Source: an uncultured Mycoplasmatota bacterium (lineage in GTDB: Bacteria; Bacillota_I; Bacilli_A; RF39; UBA660). From it: a DNA stretch of 52,838 bases. The position numbers were made by a program, and so were the translations under genes. The notes below the pieces were generated by a model. The model had not been told where the DNA came from, did no database searches, and saw only the letters and a list, made by a program, of their open reading frames with translations. Shown piece after piece: positions 1 through 9,482 of this stretch. The stretch is from NCBI GenBank assembly GCA_947642475.1, contig CANRSQ010000003.1, forward strand, positions 1 through 52,838, given 5' to 3'. Each line of letters starts with the position of its first letter. Positions within the stretch are counted from its first letter, which is position 1.

Positions 1-651
1 AATTCTATTTTAAAAGATATTAATTTAGAAATTCCTAAAGGAAAAATTATTGGACTTTTAGGTCCTAATGGTAGTGGCAAAACTACTTTAATTAAAATTA
101 TTAATGGTTTACTTGAGACTAATAGTGGTAGTGTTTTTGTTAATGGTGAAAAGATTGGTATTAATAGTAAGAAGATTATTTCTTATTTACCTGAGAGACC
201 TTATGTTAATTTTAATATGAGTGTTAAGGAACTTATTAATTATTTTAGTGATTTTTATGATAATTTTGACAGTGGTACTGCTTATAAGTTACTTGAAAAG
301 TTAAAGTTAAATCCTAATGATAAATTAAATACAATGTCTAAAGGTATGAAGGAAAAGGTACAGCTTATTTTGGTTATGAGTCGTAAGGCTGATTTATACA
401 TTTTGGATGAACCGATTGGTGGTGTTGACCCAGCTACTCGTGATTATATTTTGGATACGATATTAACTAATTTTAATGATGGTGCGAGCGTAATTATTTC
501 TACGCATTTAATTAATGATATTGAAAAGATTTTAGATGAGGTTATTTTCATTAAGGATGGTTCTATTTATTTGACTGGTGATGCTGATGAACTTAGAACA
601 TCTAGAGGCAAAAGTATTGATGAAATTTTTAGGGAGGAATTTAAATGTTAG
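1..651 (+). CDS. ABC transporter ATP-binding protein (5'-partial, runs off window start)
   Basis: Frame 1 is open from nt 1 (NSILKDINLEIPKGKIIGLLGPNGSGKTTL, Walker A). MSKGMKEKV signature-like motif and LYILDEP Walker B. The track ORF 217..651 is only the Met-initiated tail. Confidence 0.9.
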   Translation, partial: NSILKDINLEIPKGKIIGLLGPNGSGKTTLIKIINGLLETNSGSVFVNGEKIGINSKKIISYLPERPYVNFNMSVKELINYFSDFYDNFDSGTAYKLLEKLKLNPNDKLNTMSKGMKEKVQLILVMSRKADLYILDEPIGGVDPATRDYILDTILTNFNDGASVIISTHLINDIEKILDEVIFIKDGSIYLTGDADELRTSRGKSIDEIFREEFKC

Positions 652-1433
652 GTAAAGTTTTAAAGTATGATTTGAAAAGTATGGGAAAATCTTTATTGCC
701 TTTATATGCTGGTTTGGTTATTTTAGCTTTAGTTTTGAGGGTTATAAGTTTTATTACGGATAGTGTTTCGGCTTTTGGATTTATTTATAATATTATGTTT
801 GTATTTTTTATAGTGTTAGTTATAGGTGGCCTATTTTATACTTTCTTGGTTGCAATTATGCGTTATTACAAGAATTTATATTCTGATGAGGGTTATTTAA
901 CTCATACCCTACCTGTAAGCTCTAACAGTTTATTATTTTCTAAGGTGGTTTCTTCCCTTGTGTATATAATATTGTCTGTTATTATATCTTTCATTTCTAT
1001 TATTATTGTAGTTGATTATAATGATGTTGTTAGTGTTTTAAAAGAAGGATTAGAGTTCTTTAGTTTATGCTTTGATATGAGTGTATTTACTATTGCTATG
1101 TGGTCTATTTTCTTCTTATTACTTAGTTATATTTGTTATGTTTTAATGGTATATGCGGGTATTAGTCTTGGTAATATGCACAGTAAAAATAAAATTGTTT
1201 TTAGTGTTATATATACGGTAGTTATTTATTATATTACACAAATTCTTGGTGTAGTTTTAATTGGAGTTATGTTTTTGATTAATCCAGATATTATGGGTCA
1301 GCTTGATCAAGCTATCCCTGATAAAGAATATTTTACTTGGATTATGGGCTGTGGTATGGGTCTTAATTTAGTTTTACTATTTGCTTGTTATTTTATTTGT
1401 TATAACCGTTTAAAGCATTTAAATCTTAGTTAA
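645..1433 (+). CDS. Multi-pass membrane protein, probable ABC-2-type permease partner
   Basis: ATG overlaps the ATPase stop (AGGGAGG RBS). About six hydrophobic segments. No specific motif recognised. Confidence 0.6.
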   Translation: MLGKVLKYDLKSMGKSLLPLYAGLVILALVLRVISFITDSVSAFGFIYNIMFVFFIVLVIGGLFYTFLVAIMRYYKNLYSDEGYLTHTLPVSSNSLLFSKVVSSLVYIILSVIISFISIIIVVDYNDVVSVLKEGLEFFSLCFDMSVFTIAMWSIFFLLLSYICYVLMVYAGISLGNMHSKNKIVFSVIYTVVIYYITQILGVVLIGVMFLINPDIMGQLDQAIPDKEYFTWIMGCGMGLNLVLLFACYFICYNRLKHLNLS

Positions 1434-1434
1434 G

Positions 1435-1458
1435 GTACGAATTATTCGTACTTTTTTT
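1435..1458 (+). terminator. Rho-independent terminator
   Basis: GTACGAA-tta-TTCGTAC stem followed by T7, directly after the stop. Confidence 0.8.
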
Positions 1459-1557
1459 CACTTATTTTTATTATTTTAATAGAATAATAAGAAAGAAGGT
1501 ATTTGGATTTATCTTTGCTTTTAGCTTTTGTATTAAAGCTATAGAAATGGGGTTTTT

Positions 1558-2673
1558 ATGAAAATACATAGTGTAGAAAGTGGCGACAGTGTTTATAAGA
1601 TTGCGGAAGATAATGAAGTTTCAGCTGAACATATTATGGATGATAATCAGCTTTCTGGTTTATCTAATTTGACGATTGGTCAGCATTTAGTTATTAGGGA
1701 TACGGGCAAAAGGAGTATTGTTGTTAATGGGTTTGCCTACCCTTTTACTGACTATGATACTTTATATGCGACTTTGCCTTTTTTAACTTTTTTGAGTTCT
1801 TTTAGTTATCATGCGGGGATTGATGGAAGTCTTGTTTTAATTAATGATGAAAATATTAGAAATATGGCCAAAAACCAAGGTGTGGGTACTTTAATGGTTG
1901 TTACTAATATGGGTACTGGTAGTTTTGATGGTGAAATTGCTCATTCTATTTTGACTGATGAAAATGTTCAGGATGTTTTGATTAAAAATATTTTAGATGT
2001 GGCTAAGGAACGTGGCTTTTATGGTGTAAATATTGATTTTGAATATATTGATCCTTCGGATAAGGATTTATATAATAATTTTATTAAGAAATTATCGGAA
2101 GTTTTACATTTAAATAATTTATTACTTTCTACTTCTTTGGCTCCTAAGGTTTATAGAGAACAACCGGGGGTTTTATATGAAGCTCATGATTATGAGTTTC
2201 ATGGTAAGTATGCGGATTGTGTTATTTTAATGACTTATGAATGGGGTTATTCTTATGGACCGCCAATGGCAGTGGCTCCTTTAAATCAGGTTGAAAGGGT
2301 TTTAAATTATGCGGTGACTGAAATACCTAGTGAAAAGATTTTAATGGGTATTCCTAATTATGGTTATGACTGGACTCTTCCCTATCAGCAAGGAAGAAGA
2401 GCTAGAAGTATTTCTAATATTGAGGCTATGGATCTTGCAAGGTCTAGAGGCGTAACTATAGGATTTGATAATATTGCGATGGCACCTTACTTTAATTATA
2501 CTGATGATGGCGAGTCGCATGTTGTTTGGTTTGAGGATGCCCGTAGTATTGAAGCTAAGCTTAAATTGGTAGAGAAATATAATTTGGGCGGCGTTAGTTA
2601 CTGGAATATTAATAAAATGTTTAATCAAAACTGGATTGTTTTAGATGATATGTACAGGGTTAATAAGGTTTAA
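1558..2673 (+). CDS. LysM + glycoside hydrolase family 18 protein (YaaH/YdhD-like spore peptidoglycan hydrolase type)
   Basis: N-terminal LysM (HSVESGDSVYKIAEDNEVSAEHIMDDNQL...GQHLVI). GH18 catalytic block YGVNIDFEY. Confidence 0.8.
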   Translation: MKIHSVESGDSVYKIAEDNEVSAEHIMDDNQLSGLSNLTIGQHLVIRDTGKRSIVVNGFAYPFTDYDTLYATLPFLTFLSSFSYHAGIDGSLVLINDENIRNMAKNQGVGTLMVVTNMGTGSFDGEIAHSILTDENVQDVLIKNILDVAKERGFYGVNIDFEYIDPSDKDLYNNFIKKLSEVLHLNNLLLSTSLAPKVYREQPGVLYEAHDYEFHGKYADCVILMTYEWGYSYGPPMAVAPLNQVERVLNYAVTEIPSEKILMGIPNYGYDWTLPYQQGRRARSISNIEAMDLARSRGVTIGFDNIAMAPYFNYTDDGESHVVWFEDARSIEAKLKLVEKYNLGGVSYWNINKMFNQNWIVLDDMYRVNKV

Positions 2674-2704
2674 TTTATTAACTTTTTTATTTTGTCTTTT
2701 ATAA

Positions 2705-2733
2705 TTGAAATTATTGTTGATACGTGTTAAAAT
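2705..2733 (+). promoter_or_regulatory. Sigma-A-type promoter
   Basis: TTGAAA - 17 nt - TAAAAT with a TG extended -10, 24 nt upstream of the AGGAGG RBS of the next gene. Confidence 0.55.
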
Positions 2734-2756
2734 GAAAAAAAATTTAGGAGGTAGCT

Positions 2757-3692
2757 ATGAAAAAAAGACAGGAAGTATATGATTTATATTGGTATTTTGC
2801 TTATGAAAGACAAAATATATTTTGGAAAAAGTTAAATGGTGAAAGTGCGCCTTGGACTGATGATTTTATTTTAAGGGAGTATAAATTTTGTAACAGTTAT
2901 AGAGTAAATGATAGAGTCAGTCAGTATCTTCTTAAAAATGTAATTTATAATGGTAAAAAATATTCTGATGAGGATATGTTATTTAGGATAATCCTTTTTA
3001 AGTTATTTAATAAGGAATCGACTTGGGAATTATTATTGGATAGTTTTGGTGATATTGTACTTGATAATTTTGATATGGAAAGTTATTCTAGAGTTTTAGA
3101 AAGCGCGATATCTAGTGGGATTAAAATTTATAATGATGCTTATATTAGTTGTGCGAATAAGGCGTTTGGTTATGATAGAAAGCATGATAATCATCTTGCC
3201 CTGCTTCATAAAATGTTTAATATTGATAAGTTTCAATTTAAAATTATGAAGTGTGAGACGATGGAAGAAGCTTTTAATATTATTAGAAGTTATCCTTTGA
3301 TTGGTAATTTTATGGCTTATCAACTTGTAACTGATATAAATTATAGCGAGGTTGTTAATTGGAAAGAAGATGAATTTACGGTTGCTGGTCCTGGGTCTTT
3401 ACGAGGAATTAAAAAGTGTTTTATTTCTAGAGGTAAGATGAGTAATGAAGATATTATTAAGTATATGTACAAACATCAAGATGAGGAGTTTAAAAGACTT
3501 AATTTACCTTTTAAAAGGATTGGTGATAGACCATTACAGCTAATTGATTGTCAAAATATTTTTTGTGAACTTGATAAATATTGCAGGGAGGCCCTACCCG
3601 ATTTAAAATCTAACAGGACTAAAATTAAGAAGAAGTATTCTTCTAAGCCTAATAAAATAGATTATATTTATCCTCCTAAATGGAATGTTTAG
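2757..3692 (+). CDS. Putative DNA base-hypermodification family protein (5-hmdU DNA kinase helical / aGPT-pyrophosphorylase-like module)
   Basis: The ORF is solid (strong RBS). The family call rests on the remembered N-terminal block PWTDDFIL..YKFCNSYRVNDRVSQYL. No P-loop is present. Confidence 0.45.
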   Translation: MKKRQEVYDLYWYFAYERQNIFWKKLNGESAPWTDDFILREYKFCNSYRVNDRVSQYLLKNVIYNGKKYSDEDMLFRIILFKLFNKESTWELLLDSFGDIVLDNFDMESYSRVLESAISSGIKIYNDAYISCANKAFGYDRKHDNHLALLHKMFNIDKFQFKIMKCETMEEAFNIIRSYPLIGNFMAYQLVTDINYSEVVNWKEDEFTVAGPGSLRGIKKCFISRGKMSNEDIIKYMYKHQDEEFKRLNLPFKRIGDRPLQLIDCQNIFCELDKYCREALPDLKSNRTKIKKKYSSKPNKIDYIYPPKWNV

Positions 3693-3757
3693 CTTTCTTT
3701 ATAATTTGTAGTTTTGTTTTTTTAGGACTATAATGATTATAGAAAGTTGGTGATTAG

Positions 3758-4276
3758 ATGGATAAGAAAAAGGAATTGGTTCTGGCTTTTAGCTCGGTTG
3801 TTTTTGGAATTATAATTGGTCTTGTAGCTAAATACAGTAACGAGGTTATGGGATTTACTTTTTATGATAATTTGCTTCATAGTATTGATTTAGTTACGGC
3901 GGGATTATTTATATGGTTAGTTATTTGTTATATTATTTCTAATTTTTCTGAAAATAAATGGCTATCTATTTTGAATGTTATACTATTTTTAACTTTTATG
4001 ATGATTGCTTACTATTTATATTGTTATTTTGTGGTTGATTATTTTCCAGATAAAAAAATTATATTTTGGTTTTTGATGTTGATGCCGTGCGGGATACTTG
4101 CTTATTTTGCGAAAGTGGTTAAGAAAACACAGAATATTAAAATTATATTTTTTATAATTGGAGTTCTTGTAATGATGTTTGATATTATATTTATCCAAAA
4201 GATGTTTATGGGTTCTATGATTATAGAGGCAATATTATTGATTATTTATACTTTAGCTTTAAAATATTTGAAATAA
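3758..4276 (+). CDS. Small multi-pass membrane protein, unknown function
   Basis: Own promoter TTGTAG-17-TATAAT (3706..3734), GGTGAT RBS, about 5 hydrophobic helices. Confidence 0.6.
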   Translation: MDKKKELVLAFSSVVFGIIIGLVAKYSNEVMGFTFYDNLLHSIDLVTAGLFIWLVICYIISNFSENKWLSILNVILFLTFMMIAYYLYCYFVVDYFPDKKIIFWFLMLMPCGILAYFAKVVKKTQNIKIIFFIIGVLVMMFDIIFIQKMFMGSMIIEAILLIIYTLALKYLK

Positions 4277-4308
4277 AAAAGTCAAGGTGAATGTTTCCTT
4301 GGCTTTTA
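4275..4308. terminator. Bidirectional terminator between convergent genes
   Basis: A6-GTCAAGG-loop-CCTTGGC-T4. The T-run overlaps the stop of the minus-strand gene. Confidence 0.7.
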
Positions 4309-4737
4309 TAGTTTAACTGTATTGTTTATTAATTTTTTCATATCTTCTTTTACTGGTTCTTGATTATTAATGATTTTATCTATACATGTGTATAAGATTC
4401 TTAAACGTAATTTATCTGTTCCATTCATATTGATGAATTTTAGACCAACTGGATAACCTGAATCCATATATATGTTAAGTGTGGCGTTATCATCATTAAA
4501 TATCACTGAAAGGTTTGAAATTGATTTATAAGGTATTGTGTATATTTGTTTTGAGTTATCTTTATTATCAAATAGAACTATTTTATTATCAGTGAATACG
4601 CCGTGGTCTCTTTCTGTTTTGTAAATAGTTAATATTTCTTCATTTTTTACATATTGTCTAGCGTATGCGGGTAAATCTTTTTTATCAAGAATTTCTCTAA
4701 AATTAAATCTTTTTGTAATGTTTCTAAATTTTGTCAT
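4306..4737 (-). CDS. Bacterial PH-domain protein (YokE-like)
   Basis: 143 aa. The pattern ILTIYKTERDHGVFTDNKIVLFD...YTIPYKSISNLSV resembles the YokE-like bPH fold. Own promoter TTGATT-17-TATAAT. Confidence 0.5.
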   Translation of the reverse strand: MTKFRNITKRFNFREILDKKDLPAYARQYVKNEEILTIYKTERDHGVFTDNKIVLFDNKDNSKQIYTIPYKSISNLSVIFNDDNATLNIYMDSGYPVGLKFINMNGTDKLRLRILYTCIDKIINNQEPVKEDMKKLINNTVKL

Positions 4738-4798
4738 TTTTACACCTCAAGTTTTCTTTCCGGCCTTATTATACATGATTTAATTTTGTTAATCAAGA

Positions 4799-5596
4799 TT
4801 ATTTTGATAGTGTTTTTGAAGCTAATGGCCTTTTGAAAGAAATATACCTGTTTATATTTTTTTTGGTTTCTGTATATTCCATGGAATCGTATACTGCTGC
4901 TTTTTCGAATGGATTATTAGTTTTTATAGTTTGCGTTTGATATGCTTCGCCCTCTTTTTTCATAGTATTTTTAACATCATAATAAAGTTTTATTTCTTCA
5001 TCTGTATGGTGAGCAGATAAATACAAATCAATTTGATCATCTGTTAAAAAAGCTATTATATCCATTGTTTGTTTTCCTAAAATATTTTCTAACATTTGCG
5101 CTATTTCGACTTCTTTGTTATAGCCAACAGCTGCAATTTTAATATTGTATTTTTGCGCTAATTGTCTGGTTTTTAATTCATGAATTCCTTCTTCTAATGA
5201 GGTGCCACCCCTACCGCCGCACATATGCATTGTTTCATGAAGTAAGCTATCCATAAAATAGTCCATAGCGCTGTAGCCATCAGTAATCATATGATTAATA
5301 TAGTCTAGATAAGTTGTATCTGTATTTAAATAGTTTTCTACTTTTACACCTGTATCTTTGGTTGTTCCATACAATTCATTTTGCTGAAGCTCGCTAATCA
5401 CTCCATAGGCAATTTTAGGCAGATATAAAACTCCATTCCTTACGAAAAATGATATTCCTTTATCGCCATAAGTAATTCTTTCATCAATGTTCTGTATTAT
5501 ATCATTTATTTTTTCATCACTAATATTATATTCTTGTTTAATAAGTGGTAAATATTTTAAAAGTTCGATTTTAATTTGTTCTATATCATTATTCAT
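4799..5596 (-). CDS. Zincin-like metallopeptidase-motif protein, unknown family
   Basis: HExxH (LLHETMHMCGG) followed by LEEGIHE. The ATG at 5596 is preferred over the track's GTG at 5605. Confidence 0.55.
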   Translation of the reverse strand: MNNDIEQIKIELLKYLPLIKQEYNISDEKINDIIQNIDERITYGDKGISFFVRNGVLYLPKIAYGVISELQQNELYGTTKDTGVKVENYLNTDTTYLDYINHMITDGYSAMDYFMDSLLHETMHMCGGRGGTSLEEGIHELKTRQLAQKYNIKIAAVGYNKEVEIAQMLENILGKQTMDIIAFLTDDQIDLYLSAHHTDEEIKLYYDVKNTMKKEGEAYQTQTIKTNNPFEKAAVYDSMEYTETKKNINRYISFKRPLASKTLSK

Positions 5597-5677
5597 ATAA
5601 TACACTCTTCTTTCAGTTACAATTATATCACACTCTATCTAGGATAAATAAAAAAATGAAATATTACATTCCATTTT

Positions 5678-6706
5678 TTATTCATTATCTATATCTTTTG
5701 TTTCAATCATAAATTTATCAAAATCCGATTCAAATAATTTATCTTGAATAATTCTATATTTTTCAAATTCAGATAATGCTTTTTCAGTTGCAATTTGATG
5801 GGATATTTTACCAGCATCTTTTAATACATCTAAATCGTCGCTTAATAAGAATTTATCTATTCTTGCACTCCAATCTTCCATTGTCATTGGTATGTGTCTT
5901 CTAGCTCTATTTTCGGCTAAATCTAGAAAGGCTGATACAATAAGTTCTAAACTTTTTAGTTCGTCTTTGGATAAATAGTTTTTGGCAATTACAACATCTG
6001 TTTCTAAAATCTTCCCTTTTGGAGAGTTTTTCCAAGATGTTAATCCCATATTTGTTTTATCGGCATCGGCTCTATCATAAATAATTTCCGCAGCAGTCTT
6101 GTGTGAAACAGCATAATTCATTTTATTTTGAACTTTTTTAAAAAATTTAATTGTAGTTGGCGATTTAGAATCATAATCTACACTAGTTGCATAAATATCT
6201 GTAATCTTTTGATAAAATCTTCTTTCTGATAATCTTATTTCTCTAATTTCAGCAAGTAAGGAATCATAATAATCTTCATCGAAGAATGCACCATTTGCCA
6301 TTCTTTTTTTGTCTATTATATAACCTTTTTTAGAAAACTCCTTTAATATATAAGTAGCCCATCTTCTGAATTGTATAGCCCTTTCGGAATTAACTCTATA
6401 CCCAACAGAGATAACAGCATCTAAATTATAATACTTAACATTTCTAGTTACTTCACGATTACCTTCCTTTTGAACTAGTGCAAAATTTGCACTAGTTGCT
6501 TTTTCTTCCAATTCATATTCTTTATAAATGTTTTTTAAATGCTTAGTTATAACAGTTCTATCAACATTATATAACATTGATATAGCATTTTGGGTAAGCC
6601 ATAAGTCCCCATTTTCGAATCTTACTTGAATTCCTTTTTCATGGGTTTGTCTTTCAAAAATCAAAAATTCTGCACTGCTACTTCTAATCATTAAATCTTT
6701 AGTCAT
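5678..6706 (-). CDS. RhuM-family protein
   Basis: Characteristic YYNLDAVISVGYRVNSERAIQFRRWAT block. The ATG at 6706 follows a GAGGTG RBS; the track's GTG start lies inside the RBS. Confidence 0.8.
   Translation of the reverse strand: MTKDLMIRSSSAEFLIFERQTHEKGIQVRFENGDLWLTQNAISMLYNVDRTVITKHLKNIYKEYELEEKATSANFALVQKEGNREVTRNVKYYNLDAVISVGYRVNSERAIQFRRWATYILKEFSKKGYIIDKKRMANGAFFDEDYYDSLLAEIREIRLSERRFYQKITDIYATSVDYDSKSPTTIKFFKKVQNKMNYAVSHKTAAEIIYDRADADKTNMGLTSWKNSPKGKILETDVVIAKNYLSKDELKSLELIVSAFLDLAENRARRHIPMTMEDWSARIDKFLLSDDLDVLKDAGKISHQIATEKALSEFEKYRIIQDKLFESDFDKFMIETKDIDNE
6473..6497. repeat. Perfect intragenic palindrome, 12-bp arms with a 1-nt centre
   Basis: AACTAGTGCAAA-A-TTTGCACTAGTT inside the RhuM CDS. 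It encodes ATSANFALV in frame. Confidence 0.95.
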
Positions 6707-6780
6707 TTTTGACACCTCGCTTTTTAATAAATCACTACTTTTCGCAATATATAAACATTATACTATGCTTTTTGTATAAA

Positions 6781-6807
6781 AATAAAAACTCGAACATAAA
6801 GTTCGAG
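6781..6807 (-). terminator. Terminator downstream of tRNA-Gly
   Basis: On the minus strand, CTCGAAC-loop-GTTCGAG followed by TTTTTATT. Confidence 0.75.
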
Positions 6808-6819
6808 CTTAATAACATC

Positions 6820-6894
6820 TGGAGCAAGTGACCGGAATCGAACCGGCATCCTAGCCTTGGCAAGGCCATATACTAACCGTTGTACTACACCTGC
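6820..6894 (-). tRNA. tRNA-Gly (GCC)
   Basis: 75-nt cloverleaf folded by hand: acceptor GCAGGTG/CACTTGC, anticodon loop TTGCCAA, T-loop GGTTCGATTCC, U73, encoded CCA. Confidence 0.9.
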
Positions 6895-6940
6895 ATAAAA
6901 GAACTTTTTTAGTTCTTTTTAATTATATAATAATTTTATT

Positions 6941-8587
6941 TTATTGTAAAGCCATTTCTACTCTTTTTTTCATTCTATCAGTTCCTAATAAACGCATGAT
7001 ATCGTATAAATCTGGTGTCATTGATTTTGATGTAAGTGCGACTCTAATGACCATACTTATGTCAGTGATGTTACCTTTATAGTTATCTGGATTTTCTTTA
7101 TAATCTTTCATATTACCTGCGTATCCTAGTTTTTCTGCAAGTTCTTTCATTTTATTAAACCATGTATCTTTATCATCACTACTATCATAATATTCATTTA
7201 AATATATATTTAGAATTAATTCTATTTCTTTTTTATCTTTTATGTTTTGCCATTCATAGTTTTCTGGCTTAAATAATTCATCAAACATATACCAAATTTG
7301 GTTTTGAACATCGCTAAAGTATGCGATATCTTTTCTTGGTTTCTTTTGTTCTCTTTCGATGTTGAAAATTTGAATACTATAATCTTTATATTGTTTTAAT
7401 AATTCTGCAAAATCTTGATTATAAGTTTGTGCATGTTCTAAAGCTAGATTATAAACTTCTTCAGCTTTTAGTTTACTGATGTAGTTTTTAGAGATATTGA
7501 TTAGTTTATCGTAATCAAACATTGTTCCACCAGTACTCATTTTTTTGAAGTCTAAAACAAATTCTTTTGGGTCTTTATCTTTATTTTGTTCAAGCCACAT
7601 TTCGAAGTTTGAATTAGCAACGGTTTCTAAGTAAAGCATAACAGCTTCATTTGGAATTCCTTTTTCGTGATAAAAACTAACTGCGGCTTCTGGGTCTTTT
7701 CTTTTACTTATTTTTCTTCTTGTTCCATTATCTTCTTTTAGAAGTGGTGAAATATGTGCATATTTTGGAACTTTAAATCCTAACATAACAAAAACCTGAG
7801 TATGTTTTGGGACACTTGGATACCATTCATCACCTCTAATAACGTGGGTTGTATGCATTAAATGATCATCAATGGCATGAGCGAAGTGATAAGTTGGTAG
7901 CCCATCTGATTTGATGATTGGGAAATCTTCATCATTTTCTGGAAGTTCTGATTTACCTTTTACACAATCTTTGAATGTGAATTTTTTATTAAAATCTCCT
8001 GTTGATTTTAGTCTAATAATATATTTTTCACCGTTGTTTACTCTTTGAATTACTTCTTCTATTGATAAATTTCTACATTTAGCCCATTTGCCATAATAAC
8101 CTAGTCTTTCTTTGTTTTTACTTTGAATTTCTCTATCTTGTGAGCTTTCTTCTTCAGTACAGAAACAAGGATAAGCTTTATCTTCTATTATTAATTTTTT
8201 AGCATAGGCTTGATATATTTCTTTTCTTTCGCTTTGAGTATAAGGTCCATAATTACCTTTATCCCCTTCTTTGGTCACACCTTCGTCAAAATTAATATCA
8301 AATTTGGCTAAATCTTCTATTATTTTGTTTACTCCATCATCAATACTTCTTTTTTGATCGGTGTCTTCGATTCTTAAGAAAAATACTCCATCTGTTTGGT
8401 TAGCCATTTTGCTTGAAATAAATGCTGTATATAAAGCACCTATATGAACAAATCCTGTTGGACTTGGGGCATATCTAGTTACAATTGCGCCTTCTTTTAA
8501 ATCTCTTTCTGGATATAAATTTTCATAATATTCTGCGTCATGTTTAATGTTTGGTAATAGTAAATCTGCATATTCTTCTCTTGTCAT
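6941..8587 (-). CDS. gltX: Glutamate--tRNA ligase
   Basis: RYAPSPTGFVHIGA (HIGH), KISKRK (KMSKS), PTYHFAHAIDDHLMHTTHVIRGDEW. Confidence 0.85.
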   Translation of the reverse strand: MTREEYADLLLPNIKHDAEYYENLYPERDLKEGAIVTRYAPSPTGFVHIGALYTAFISSKMANQTDGVFFLRIEDTDQKRSIDDGVNKIIEDLAKFDINFDEGVTKEGDKGNYGPYTQSERKEIYQAYAKKLIIEDKAYPCFCTEEESSQDREIQSKNKERLGYYGKWAKCRNLSIEEVIQRVNNGEKYIIRLKSTGDFNKKFTFKDCVKGKSELPENDEDFPIIKSDGLPTYHFAHAIDDHLMHTTHVIRGDEWYPSVPKHTQVFVMLGFKVPKYAHISPLLKEDNGTRRKISKRKDPEAAVSFYHEKGIPNEAVMLYLETVANSNFEMWLEQNKDKDPKEFVLDFKKMSTGGTMFDYDKLINISKNYISKLKAEEVYNLALEHAQTYNQDFAELLKQYKDYSIQIFNIEREQKKPRKDIAYFSDVQNQIWYMFDELFKPENYEWQNIKDKKEIELILNIYLNEYYDSSDDKDTWFNKMKELAEKLGYAGNMKDYKENPDNYKGNITDISMVIRVALTSKSMTPDLYDIMRLLGTDRMKKRVEMALQ

Positions 8588-8670
8588 AGTTATTCCTCCT
8601 TTTTATATTATCTAATATTTGGAAATAAAAATCAATATAAATATTTTATTTTGTGGTTCTATTATGGGGC

Positions 8671-8698
8671 TTGACAAATATATTAATAAGTATATAAT
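8671..8698 (+). promoter_or_regulatory. Sigma-A-type promoter
   Basis: TTGACA - 16 nt - TATAAT upstream of the 8729 ORF. Confidence 0.65.
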
Positions 8699-8728
8699 TG
8701 TATTTACTTAATTAAAGGGGGCGATTAT

Positions 8729-9472
8729 ATGAATAATTCCGATAAAAATTCTGGCTTTGTTGATAAAATGGTTAATAGTTTAAAAGAGATTCCACTATTA
8801 CATTTTATAACTAAACCAAAACTTAAAAAAGTTGATAAAATTCATTATAAAAAGACTGATGATGAAAATGAAGATGATTTGGGGTTTGAAGTAACTGAGG
8901 ATGTTATCGAAGAATTAGATTTTGAAATGGACGAGATTACAGAAACTAATGATAATGAAGATATATCACCTGTTTTAGGGCCTAGAATTTCCCAAGCTAA
9001 CAATGATATTGATATTGTTTCTATTATTGATAAAATTAGCAAACGCGATAAAGAGTTAGGGAAAAAAATGCAGGCAACTCCTGATAAAGATAGTCCAATA
9101 AAGGAAACAATTTTATTATCGAAAAAAGGAGATTCAAAGGTATTAGCTGAAAAAGAACGTGAAAAATATATCAACGATATGATAGCGAAAGAGCTTAAGC
9201 TTTTAAAAGAACAAGAACATAAAAAAGAAGTTATTAAAATGGCAGCTCGCTTTTATAAAGCTGCGTTACAAGCAACTAAGGATGAGTTGAGTATGGCTAA
9301 AATACTTTTATTAAAGAAAAGAAGTTTACTTGACCCGACTAAGCAAGATTTCCCTATTTTATTAGAGGCAATCGATTCTGCATTATATAAAATAGATTAT
9401 GAAATTTCTAAAAGTCATGGGGAATTTGGTACAATACAAAGTGTATATGAAAAAAAAGTAGTCAAATTTTAG
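8729..9472 (+). CDS. Hypothetical acidic/coiled-coil protein
   Basis: AAGGGGG RBS. D/E-rich N-terminal half, K/E-rich C-terminal half. No family recognised. Confidence 0.6.
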   Translation: MNNSDKNSGFVDKMVNSLKEIPLLHFITKPKLKKVDKIHYKKTDDENEDDLGFEVTEDVIEELDFEMDEITETNDNEDISPVLGPRISQANNDIDIVSIIDKISKRDKELGKKMQATPDKDSPIKETILLSKKGDSKVLAEKEREKYINDMIAKELKLLKEQEHKKEVIKMAARFYKAALQATKDELSMAKILLLKKRSLLDPTKQDFPILLEAIDSALYKIDYEISKSHGEFGTIQSVYEKKVVKF

Positions 9473-9482
9473 ACTACTTTTT
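9453..9482. terminator. Bidirectional terminator embedded in two convergent gene ends
   Basis: AAAAAGTAGTC-loop-GACTACTTTTT spans both stop codons (9470-72 and 9474-76). Confidence 0.7.

Noticed and set aside
4876-5297. Several 12-14-nt AT-rich palindromes without spacer (ATTCCATGGAAT, AATTCATGAATT, TAATCATATGATTA) in the HExxH gene. Similar short ones occur elsewhere, such as TCAACTAGTTGA in the LCP gene.
   Set aside because: Arms of 6-7 bp are expected many times by chance in 53 kb of AT-rich DNA. They are not treated as part of the long-hairpin pattern.
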